From Nostoc sp. PCC 7120 = FACHB-418 (GTDB taxonomy: Bacteria; Cyanobacteriota; Cyanobacteriia; Cyanobacteriales; Nostocaceae): a stretch of DNA of 32,000 bases. The DNA is taken from assembly GCF_000009705.1 (NCBI RefSeq), contig NC_003272.1, positions 1,260,001-1,292,000 of the forward strand, read 5' to 3'. Below, one piece after another: positions 1 to 8,304 of this stretch. Within the stretch, counting starts at the first letter, position 1. Each line of letters opens with the position of its first letter. The notes beneath the pieces were generated by a model, which saw only the letters and a list, made by a program, of their open reading frames with translations, searched no databases and was not told the DNA's origin. A program made the position numbers and the translations under genes.

Positions 1-571
1 AATAGCGACTGGTAACAACTGTGGCTGAGGTGGTTTTATCCAGCACGGCGGCTAACTCATCTATCGCCACTATCTGCACGGGAATTTCTAGTTCTTCTTC
101 TAACTCATAAGCCATTAACTCCCCCACACCCATATCTTGAGTGGGGGATGCTACCAGTACCCGCGCACTACAACGCAAGCGCCAGTCAATTTCTGCCAAA
201 AAGATTTCTCTTGCTTGACTGAGTGAGTAGCCTTGTCCTAGTAATTCATCAAGTGCTTGTTGTAAAACTTTTGATGCTTCAGGATGTTGTGTGAGGATGG
301 GCGATTGTAACCTACTACCGCCTTCATGACCTTGAGCGCGGACATAAATTCCTGAGCCTGCTAAACTTTCGACAAAACCGTCTTCCTCTAACTGACGATA
401 GACTTTACTAATAATATTGCGATGTAACCCCGTTTGCATTGCCAAAGCCCTAGTGCTAGGCAATTTGTATGCAGGTGGATATTGCCGAGAAGCGATCGCA
501 AACCTGAGTTGGTTAAATAGTTGGGTTGATGCGGGAATCTCACTATCTGGCTGAATACGGAATTGAATCAT
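1..571 (-). CDS. plmA: GntR-family winged-HTH transcriptional regulator, PlmA-like; 3' end runs off the window
   Basis: Absent from the ORF track because it is truncated. My minus-strand translation from the ATG at 571-569 reads MIQFRIQPDSEIPASTQLFNQLRFAIASRQYPPAYKLPSTRALAMQTGLHRNIISKVYRQLEEDGFVESLAGSGIYVRAQ... This is a GntR N-terminal HTH pattern and resembles the cyanobacterial PlmA subfamily as I recall it. The frame stays open to position 1. Confidence 0.7.
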   Translation of the reverse strand, partial: MIQFRIQPDSEIPASTQLFNQLRFAIASRQYPPAYKLPSTRALAMQTGLHRNIISKVYRQLEEDGFVESLAGSGIYVRAQGHEGGSRLQSPILTQHPEASKVLQQALDELLGQGYSLSQAREIFLAEIDWRLRCSARVLVASPTQDMGVGELMAYELEEELEIPVQIVAIDELAAVLDKTTSATVVTSRY

Positions 572-772
572 CACCCAAACTCCTGAATAAGCAATTCAAA
601 ATTCAACATGAAGAACAACCAAGAACCCAAACATTTTGGCGATTTTATGTTGGGTATTTTCGGGTTTAAATTTCTTATGTGGTGACTATTGGTAGTTGAT
701 ATTTTCATAGAAGTAGCCTAGTTATATCAAATAATTAGAGAAATTCACCACACAACGCGGGTAAAAATTATT

Positions 773-1519
773 ATGACTGAGCAAGTAGTTGCCACAGAAA
801 CCGTTAACCTTTCGCAAGACAGTCTACAAATAGCTGCGTACTTAGCGCAGCCACAAGCACCAGGTTCCTACCCAGGAGTTGTAGTTTTACAGGAGATTTT
901 TGGCGTTAACGGTCATATTCGGGACGTAACCGAACGGATTGCTAAGTTAGGGTATGTGGCGATCGCTCCGGCGCTATTCCAACGTCAAGCACCAGGCTTT
1001 GAAACTGGATACACACCCCAAGATATTGAAGTTGGTAGAGGTTACGCGATGCAAACCAAAGCATCAGAGTTACTAAACGATATTCAAGCAGCTATAGATT
1101 ATCTGAAAACTCTCCCCCAAGTGAAACAAAATGGCTTTGGTTGTATTGGCTTCTGCTTTGGGGGTCATGTAGCCTATCTTGCTGCCACTTTACCAGATAT
1201 CAAAGCGACTGCCTCCTTTTACGGTGCGGGAATTGCTACTCGTACATTTGGCGGCGGGAATCCTACTGTCACCCGTACACCAGAAATCAAAGGCACACTA
1301 TATGGCTTTTTTGGTACGGAAGATGCCAGTATTCCCCCAGAGCAAATAGACCAAATCGAGACAGAGTTAGAAAAATACAACATTTCTCATCGTGTGTTCC
1401 GCTACGATGGAGCTGATCACGGATTTTTCTGTGACCGTCGTGCCAGCTATAATCCTCAAGCAGCAGCTGATGCTTGGGAGCAGGTGCAACAACTATTTAA
1501 GACTGTGTTAACAACATAG
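773..1519 (+). CDS. dienelactone hydrolase family protein
   Basis: 248-aa ORF. It has the DLH-type nucleophile motif GCIGFCFGG, a later DHGF histidine motif and alpha/beta-hydrolase length. Confidence 0.85.
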   Translation: MTEQVVATETVNLSQDSLQIAAYLAQPQAPGSYPGVVVLQEIFGVNGHIRDVTERIAKLGYVAIAPALFQRQAPGFETGYTPQDIEVGRGYAMQTKASELLNDIQAAIDYLKTLPQVKQNGFGCIGFCFGGHVAYLAATLPDIKATASFYGAGIATRTFGGGNPTVTRTPEIKGTLYGFFGTEDASIPPEQIDQIETELEKYNISHRVFRYDGADHGFFCDRRASYNPQAAADAWEQVQQLFKTVLTT

Positions 1520-1662
1520 GTTTAAAGACTCCAATTCCCATACCACCACCTTAAGCGGAGCCTTGTTCATTAAGAATTACGTAGCTTGCTTACCGTAGGG
1601 TATTACGAATTATCAATTCCCTTGGTTTCTAATAAAATAACAACAATTCAATTTCAATAGTC

Positions 1663-2580
1663 ATGAATTCCGAATCGAAACTATCTCAAAAAGCCAACTC
1701 GTCTTTCACAATGGACGACTTTGCCAAAGCACTAGAAAATCACGACTACCAGTTCCAAAAGGGGCAAGTTGTTTACGGCAAGGTTTTCCAACTTGATCCT
1801 GATGGCGCTTATGTTGATATTGGTGGCAAGTCGTCAGCTTATATCCCCCGCGATGAGGCTTCTTTGAGGGCAGTTAACGATTTAGCGGCAGTCCTGCCGT
1901 TGCATGAGGAGCTTGAGTTTATTATCATCCGTGAACAGGATGCAGAAGGTCAAGTAACTCTTTCTCGACGGCAGTTAGAAATAAATCATATCTGGGAAAA
2001 ACTGGCGCAAATGAAGGAAAATTCCCAGCCGGTGGATGTGAAGGTGACAGGTGTGAATAAAGGTGGTGTCACTGTTGATGTTCAAAGCTTGCGGGGATTT
2101 ATTCCGCGATCGCACCTCACAGAGCGTGATAATTTAGAAGCCCTTAAAGGTCATACTCTCACGGCTGGCTTTTTAGAAGTAGACCGCAATAACAAAAAAC
2201 TCGTCCTTTCCCAGCGTTTGGTAACTCGTTCTAGTAACTTCAATCAGTTAGAAATTGGTCAACTAGTAGAAGGTAAAATAACTGGAATTAAACCTTTTGG
2301 TGTGTTTGTTGATTTAAATGGTCTCAGCGCCTTGTTACATATCAAACAAGTTAGCCAAAAATTCATCGAATCTCTAGAAAAAGTCTTTCAACCTGGTCAA
2401 ACAATTAAAGCTATAGTTATCGACTTGGATCAAGGTAAAGGTCGAGTGGCTATTTCTACCAGAGCCTTAGAAAACTTCCCTGGTGAAGTGTTAGAAAATT
2501 TCGAGGAAGTCATGGCTTCAGCCGAAGCACGGGCTAACAGAGCTGCTAATAAAATGAATGAAGGGGGTGTGGGGGTATAG
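1663..2580 (+). CDS. S1 RNA-binding domain protein (short ribosomal protein S1 homologue, three S1 repeats)
   Basis: 305 aa with three S1-like repeats: GQVVYGKVFQLDPDGAYVDIGGKSSAYIP, VDVKVTGVNKGGVTVDVQSLRGFIPRSHL and GQLVEGKITGIKPFGVFVDLNGLSALLHI. Confidence 0.85.
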   Translation: MNSESKLSQKANSSFTMDDFAKALENHDYQFQKGQVVYGKVFQLDPDGAYVDIGGKSSAYIPRDEASLRAVNDLAAVLPLHEELEFIIIREQDAEGQVTLSRRQLEINHIWEKLAQMKENSQPVDVKVTGVNKGGVTVDVQSLRGFIPRSHLTERDNLEALKGHTLTAGFLEVDRNNKKLVLSQRLVTRSSNFNQLEIGQLVEGKITGIKPFGVFVDLNGLSALLHIKQVSQKFIESLEKVFQPGQTIKAIVIDLDQGKGRVAISTRALENFPGEVLENFEEVMASAEARANRAANKMNEGGVGV

Positions 2581-2649
2581 GGGTTTAGGGGTTTAGGGGT
2601 TTAGGGGTAAATCTTTCTTTTCCTTACACCCTTACACCCTCACACCCTT
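2563..2649. repeat. G-rich octamer array (AGGGGTTT x3, 2579-2602) facing a C-rich octamer array (CCTTACAC x3, 2622-2645); probable shared terminator hairpin of convergent genes
   Basis: Tandem 8-mers read directly. 2565-2589 can pair with 2622-2648 (~25 positions, several G.U, two mismatches). A short T run (2648-2651) follows. The arrays lie exactly between two convergent stop codons. Confidence 0.7.
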
Positions 2650-3714
2650 TTAAATATTCTTTGGCTTACGTAATTGCTGAGAACCAATTGGGCCGAGAAT
2701 TTGGTTGAGGGTGCGTAGTTGGTCGGCTGTACCCATGCAAATCAGTGTGTCTCCCGGCATTAATACCGTATCGCCTGTGGGGCCGCCGATCAGCATACCA
2801 TCTAGACGACGAATAGCCAGGACTAATGCCCCACTTTGCGATCGCAGTTTGGCTTTTTGCAAGCTTTGACCAACGAAGGGACACAAGGCTGGGTCGAGTA
2901 AAAATTCTTCCATGTAAAGTTGACGGTCTGCACCTGTGAGAATCCCGTCTACAAAGTCTAATACTTGCGGTCTGAGGGCGGCGGCCGCCATCCGCTTACC
3001 ACCTGTGATATATGGGGAAATGACGGCATCTGCACCGCCTCGCTGTAATTTTTGCAGAGCTTCTTCTGTGCTGGCTCGTGCGATCGCTCTAATTCGGGGA
3101 TTCAGTGTTTTTGCTGATAAAACTGTGTATAAATTTTCTGCATCAGAAGGGAGGGCCGCAACTAAACAAATTGCCCTCTCAATCCCAACTCTCAAGAGAG
3201 TATCATCAAGTGTGGCATCTCCTTGGAATGCTGTATGCCCCTCTGCTTGAGCCTTTTCTATCGACTCGGCATCAGAATCAATCACCACAAATGTTACATC
3301 TTCCGCCCGAAATTCCTTAGCAATTTGGCGACCAGTCCGACTAAATCCACAAATGATGTAGTGTTCTGATAAGGATTCCATTAAGCGCCTCTGTTGTCTG
3401 AGCCGAATACCTTGTTGAAAGTAGCCCTGAATAACTGCTTCTGTAAACCTGTTGACAATGTAGCCAAGATTGACTACACCCAACAAAATTAAGGCAATAG
3501 TAAATAAGCGTCCACGACTACCAAGAGGGTTGGTTTCGCCATATCCTACGGTAGCTAAGGTAATAACTGTCATGTAAGCTGCATCTTCCCATGACCAACC
3601 CTCAACAAAGCGATACCACAAAGTACCGAGAATTAATACACCACCGAGAGCGATCGCCCCGGCCATTAACTCTTTTTGGATGCGTTGGTATTTCTGTTCA
3701 AGAGTTGAATACAA
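2650..3714 (-). CDS. potassium channel protein: two-TM pore domain plus RCK/TrkA-N and TrkA-C domains
   Basis: 354 aa. It has the K+ selectivity filter TLATVGYGET, a Rossmann-like IICGFSRTGRQIAKEF and a C-terminal TrkA-C-like segment (GDTVLMPGDTLICMG). Confidence 0.85.
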   Translation of the reverse strand: MYSTLEQKYQRIQKELMAGAIALGGVLILGTLWYRFVEGWSWEDAAYMTVITLATVGYGETNPLGSRGRLFTIALILLGVVNLGYIVNRFTEAVIQGYFQQGIRLRQQRRLMESLSEHYIICGFSRTGRQIAKEFRAEDVTFVVIDSDAESIEKAQAEGHTAFQGDATLDDTLLRVGIERAICLVAALPSDAENLYTVLSAKTLNPRIRAIARASTEEALQKLQRGGADAVISPYITGGKRMAAAALRPQVLDFVDGILTGADRQLYMEEFLLDPALCPFVGQSLQKAKLRSQSGALVLAIRRLDGMLIGGPTGDTVLMPGDTLICMGTADQLRTLNQILGPIGSQQLRKPKNI

Positions 3715-3864
3715 AATTATTTTCCACTATTGCCACAGGTTTGAGGATATATAATGTTAAGCTCAAGAGAAAGTAAGAAACACAATAAATAAAAATTTAT
3801 TTTTAAGAAACTCTAGGAAACTAGTAAGTAAGTATACAATCAAAAATCCGCAGGAGGAGCGTTA

Positions 3865-5148
3865 GTGAGCCTACAAACTCTCATTGAGCAAGCCACGAAC
3901 CCCCCAGAGTCAGGTTCTGCTGCATCTAGCCCCTTTAGTACAGATAGCTTTGACGCATCTGTTATGTCCACATACGGACGCTTTCCCCTCGCTTTAGAAC
4001 GGGGTGCAGGTTGCCGAGTATGGGATACCCAGGGCAAAGAATACCTAGACTTTGTGGCGGGGATTGCCACTTGTACACTGGGACACGCCCACCCAGCTAT
4101 GGTAGAAGCGGTGACACGCCAAATCCAAAAGCTGCACCATGTATCTAATTTGTACTACATTCCCGAACAAGGTGAATTAGCCCAATGGATTATTCAACAC
4201 TCCTGCGCTGATCGGGTATTTTTCTGTAATTCTGGCGCTGAAGCCAACGAAGCCGCTATTAAACTGGCTCGTAAATATGCCCATACAGTTTTAGACATAG
4301 AAAAGCCTATTATTCTCACCGCCAATGCCAGTTTCCACGGACGGACATTGGCAACTATTACCGCTACTGGGCAAGCAAAGTATCAAAAATATTTTGACCC
4401 CCTAGTACCCGGATTTCACTATGTAAATTACAACGATATCAGTGCGGTAGAAGCAGCTATTAGCGAGTTAGACGAGGGAGATTACCGAGTAGCGGCAATT
4501 CTCATCGAACCATTACAAGGGGAAGGCGGTGTTCGTCCTGGTGATGTGGAATACTTCCAAAAGCTGCGGCAAATTTGTGATGACACCGGCATTTTGTTGA
4601 TGTTCGATGAAGTGCAGGTCGGGATGGGACGCAGTGGTAAATTGTGGGGTTATGAATACCTGGGTGTAGAACCAGACATTTTCACCAGCGCCAAAGGTTT
4701 GGGTGGTGGTATCCCCATTGGGGCGATGATGAGTAAGAAATTCTGCGATGTCTTCCAACCAGGAGAACACGCCAGCACCTTTGGTGGTAATCCCTTTGCT
4801 TGTGGTGTAGCGTTGGCTGTGTGTCAGACCTTGGAAAGGGAGAATATTTTGCAGAATGTGCAAGATAGAGGGGAACAGTTAAGGAGTGGCTTAAGAGCGA
4901 TCGCTGCTAAATATCCCCATCATCTAACTGAAGTTCGCGGCTGGGGTTTAATTAACGGTCTGGAATTAGCCGCAGATATTCCATTAACTGCTGCTGATGT
5001 CGTCAAGGCTGCTATCAACGAGGGCTTATTGTTAGTACCAGCCGGGCCAAAGGTCGTCCGCTTTGTACCACCATTAATTGTCACAGAGGCAGAAATCAAC
5101 ACCGCCTTAAAATTACTGGAAAAAGCATTAGCAACTGTGACAGCGTAA
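3865..5148 (+). CDS. argD: acetylornithine aminotransferase (class III PLP aminotransferase)
   Basis: 427 aa with a GTG start preceded by AGGAGG. Class-III motifs are FCNSGAEANEAAIKLARKY, DEVQVGMGRSGKLW, the PLP-lysine context FTSAKGLGGG and STFGGNP. Confidence 0.85.
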   Translation: MSLQTLIEQATNPPESGSAASSPFSTDSFDASVMSTYGRFPLALERGAGCRVWDTQGKEYLDFVAGIATCTLGHAHPAMVEAVTRQIQKLHHVSNLYYIPEQGELAQWIIQHSCADRVFFCNSGAEANEAAIKLARKYAHTVLDIEKPIILTANASFHGRTLATITATGQAKYQKYFDPLVPGFHYVNYNDISAVEAAISELDEGDYRVAAILIEPLQGEGGVRPGDVEYFQKLRQICDDTGILLMFDEVQVGMGRSGKLWGYEYLGVEPDIFTSAKGLGGGIPIGAMMSKKFCDVFQPGEHASTFGGNPFACGVALAVCQTLERENILQNVQDRGEQLRSGLRAIAAKYPHHLTEVRGWGLINGLELAADIPLTAADVVKAAINEGLLLVPAGPKVVRFVPPLIVTEAEINTALKLLEKALATVTA

Positions 5149-5184
5149 ATCATAGACTGCTGGCAAAAATAGCGAAAATAATCA

Positions 5185-5254
5185 CCGCCGATACACACCA
5201 ATGAACGCTGATAAATGTCTGTGTTCATCTACTGAAATCGGCGGCTTATTTTTA
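5185..5254 (+). terminator. candidate intrinsic terminator downstream of argD
   Basis: CCGCCGAT (5185-5192) pairs with ATCGGCGG (5237-5244). An inner ATGAAC/GTTCAT stem lies within, and CTTATTTTTA follows. Confidence 0.4.
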
Positions 5255-5502
5255 TCAAAAATCTTCACTACTTGAGCTAGATGCAATTTTGGAAATAGAA
5301 CATAATTGCCAATAAAGATATACTTTGCTCACTCGATATCTGATTATTGCTCTAATAATCCCGATACGATACCATCTTGATCTCTTTACGTCTTGTATCT
5401 AAAGGTAGAAAATAAAGGTTAACTTAAAGTTGGGCAACCTGAGGAAGGTTCTATCTGCTCAAGAGTAACCTGCCAATTTATATGCAGTACAACTGAGGTC
5501 AA

Positions 5503-6525
5503 ATGACGCAATCTTGCAATCGAGTCAACGTTTGGGAAGAACGCCGTAACGAAGCTAATACATACTACAAGCAAGGAAAATTTTCAGAATATCTCGATTT
5601 AGTAACAGAAAATTTACAATTAGCTAGAGCAATTCCAGACCGAGCTAAAGAAGGTCATACATTGAACGATATTGGTTTAGCATATCTTGGGTGTTGGCAA
5701 CCGCAAAAAGCATTAGATTGTTTCCATCAGGCCTTGGCTGTAGCTGTAGAGATTGGTAATATCCAAGCAGAAGCCACAGCTTTAAGCAATCTAGGTTCTA
5801 CTTGCAGTCGTCTCGGCAAACTTACCCAGTCCCTAGAGTACTTTGAGAAAGCCGCGCAAATATTTAGAGAGTTACAAGATACTCAAGGTGAAGTTTCCAC
5901 CCTCAATGATATGGCGCTAATTTACATCAGATTGGGTGAACCAAAGCGATCGCTCTTGCTGCAAAATCAAATTTTAGCAATGCGGCGTTTGTTAGGAGAC
6001 TTTTCTGGTGAAGCCACCACACTTAATGGCATTGGATTCGCCTATAGTGTTTTAGGTGAGTTTGAAAAAGCACTCAACTATCTTCAACAAGCACTACCTA
6101 TTCAAAAAGCAGTCAAGAACTTAGCGGGTGAAGCCATAACTCTGAACAACATCGCTTCGATCTATCTAGACTTAGGGCAACCCAAACAAGCCCTGTTACT
6201 CTACCATCAAGTTCTGTTAACACGCCAGTCCATAAGCGATCTTCCCGGCGAAGCCACTACTCTCAACAACATTGGCTTTACCTACTCTAAATTGAGCAGT
6301 CATCGCAAAGCACTGAAATTCTACAAACAAGCACTTGTCATTTATCAACAACTAGGAGATTCTCTCGGAGAAATTTCGACTTTGTTGAATATGGGTAATC
6401 TTTACGTCACCACAAAACGCAAAAAGTTAGCTCTATTGTGTTATCGCAATGCTCAAACACTAGCTGAAAAAATTGCAGATCAGACGATCTTTGACAAAGT
6501 AAAGCAGTTTATGGATGCTCTGTGA
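5503..6525 (+). CDS. tetratricopeptide-repeat protein
   Basis: 340 aa made of ~40-aa units repeating GEATTLNNIGFxYSxLGxxxKALxYxQQAL (TPR_12-like). Confidence 0.85.
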   Translation: MTQSCNRVNVWEERRNEANTYYKQGKFSEYLDLVTENLQLARAIPDRAKEGHTLNDIGLAYLGCWQPQKALDCFHQALAVAVEIGNIQAEATALSNLGSTCSRLGKLTQSLEYFEKAAQIFRELQDTQGEVSTLNDMALIYIRLGEPKRSLLLQNQILAMRRLLGDFSGEATTLNGIGFAYSVLGEFEKALNYLQQALPIQKAVKNLAGEAITLNNIASIYLDLGQPKQALLLYHQVLLTRQSISDLPGEATTLNNIGFTYSKLSSHRKALKFYKQALVIYQQLGDSLGEISTLLNMGNLYVTTKRKKLALLCYRNAQTLAEKIADQTIFDKVKQFMDAL

Positions 6526-6650
6526 ACTACCCCACCTTGCCTTCTGCTGAGGGTGGGGAATTTCGCCGAATTTGTTAAACAAAGCGCTTCATGAGCAGAT
6601 GAATCCACAGGAAACTCCGAAACCAAGGCTATTTTCACAAATATCTCAAT

Positions 6651-7019
6651 CTAACGTTCTCCATATTCCATATCATTAGCCTCGGCGTAACGGTTCATAA
6701 AGCGCATGAATCGTTCCCAATGATCATCACGCTCAACTTCAAATTTGCACTCTACTCCTTGTAGTTCATCACCTTCGTCACCCCCAAAAATAAATCTTGT
6801 TGCAGAGGGGGTGACGCTAATTTCTCCTTCTTCATCGGTTAACAATAGAGAATTCAAGGATTGTTTAGTAAAGCTGTTGAATCCTTCTATCGCTTGGAGT
6901 TGATTAAACTTCATCATAACGATACGTTTGCCAGTACGGACTTCTCTCCGTAAACTAACATTACTTAATTCTTCAAAAATACCTGCGAAAAATTGAATTG
7001 AGGGGGTGATAGATGTCAT
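6651..7019 (-). CDS. psb28: Psb28-family photosystem II assembly protein (paralogue-like)
   Basis: 122 aa. The IQF start, DEEGEI core and HWERFMRFMNRYAEAN tail match the Psb28 pattern (..WDRFxRFMxRYA..) as I recall it. Confidence 0.65.
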   Translation of the reverse strand: MTSITPSIQFFAGIFEELSNVSLRREVRTGKRIVMMKFNQLQAIEGFNSFTKQSLNSLLLTDEEGEISVTPSATRFIFGGDEGDELQGVECKFEVERDDHWERFMRFMNRYAEANDMEYGER

Positions 7020-7562
7020 GAGTGGATTTAAATTTAATTGTTATATCCACAATTTACAACAGTTCTTGATATCATTCCCCGTTTTCTAAACGGAGGATTT
7101 CAAGAATCACTTCTTGGGTTTCCTCTTTCCCCGACTCGGATTACTTAGAGGGATTTCTCCACCCAAGCAGAGGTCGATGCCTCCAGAGGCTGAGATCCTG
7201 TGTGTCCCACAGTACGTAGTCCTAATGGTGAAGGCAAAGCTATGACCTTGGACTGTCTCATTCCACCATTTTTAAATTCCCAACGCCGTGTTACCAAGCC
7301 AAAACCGTGATTATGTGTCAGTCAAGACAACTTTAAAAGCTCAGTTTCAGTGGTTGGTAATTGGTGATGGTAAACGTAATTATCCTTCGGCTGATGCTCA
7401 CATCTGAAACCCATTAGCAATCAAATCCAGCATATCGTTATTAATTAGCTTAGTTATTCATAGTATAAAAATTTTGAGACAAAATTGCAGCCACCGCAGC
7501 AATCATTAAAATAGGTTGTTATATTGTACTAAATCACTATTCTATTCAACCTGGGGAAAGCT

Positions 7563-8288
7563 GTGCGTAATGATTTACAAGATTTGGAAATTAGTCATAA
7601 AGAATTAGAAAATTTGACTAACTTACCTGTGAAATCAGAATTAATTATTATCAGGAATATTTTTAAAAATATTTGTAAAAAAATTATAACTCAGATTAAA
7701 GGCTCTGAAGGTGCTACAGTAATCTTCCTGAGTTTTTCTGTATTTATTTTTGCATACTTAATATTTGATGTTTTTATCAAAATATTTGTCGCATGGATAG
7801 AGATGCCATCCTGGTTATTATTAATAATTTTAAGTTTGTTAGGTGGTATCAGTACACAGACTTTTTTATATTACTGGTGGCGTAACCAGCAAAAAATCCT
7901 GAAAAAGAATATGACAAATTCGCTAGAAATACTCTTAAATGATGTTGATAGATACAATGCAGTTATTAAAGCTATACATATTAATGACCAGATAGAAGAT
8001 GCAGGGAATACAGGGGTAAGCATCAAGGAAAGAGAAAAAGTTATCGATGCCCTTAAACTGACAAGAGCCGATTTAATTAGAGCATTAAGAACAGAAAGAA
8101 TATTGAGAGAGAATAAGAATTTTATTCTCGGCAATACAGAATTATTTACCAATAATTTAGCTACTTTAACCGCTATGCAGGTTACAGAACAAGCCACTGA
8201 GCATGGCAGGTTACTAAATGAAGCATTACAAATTGCTTTAGATGTGCAATATGAAATGAAAAGCTTACAAAGTCAATCTAATCTATAA
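7563..8288 (+). CDS. hypothetical membrane protein: two predicted TM helices followed by a long helical/coiled-coil tail
   Basis: 241 aa with a GTG start. Hydrophobic stretches are ATVIFLSFSVFIFAYLIFDVFIKIFVAW and WLLLIILSLLGGISTQTFLYYWW. It is very AT-rich and I recognise no family. Confidence 0.5.
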   Translation: MRNDLQDLEISHKELENLTNLPVKSELIIIRNIFKNICKKIITQIKGSEGATVIFLSFSVFIFAYLIFDVFIKIFVAWIEMPSWLLLIILSLLGGISTQTFLYYWWRNQQKILKKNMTNSLEILLNDVDRYNAVIKAIHINDQIEDAGNTGVSIKEREKVIDALKLTRADLIRALRTERILRENKNFILGNTELFTNNLATLTAMQVTEQATEHGRLLNEALQIALDVQYEMKSLQSQSNL

Positions 8289-8304
8289 AATGTGACAAAA
8301 GTCT

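Noticed and set aside
1520-1662. A structured leader RNA upstream of the S1-domain gene.
   Set aside because: Only short direct repeats (CGTAG, ATTACGAATT-like) were seen. There is no convincing helix set and I cannot verify any known motif from memory.
7085-7275. Possible riboswitch (cobalamin or TPP) or tmRNA/tRNA-like end, prompted by GGTGAAGG, CTGAGA and CCACCA strings.
   Set aside because: The conserved cores are absent or in the wrong order on both strands: the B12 box GCCACTG with GGTGAAAATCC upstream, and the TPP ACCTGA...CCAGCG. No acceptor-stem partner for the CCACCA end was found. The region is kept only as an unclassified structured-RNA candidate.
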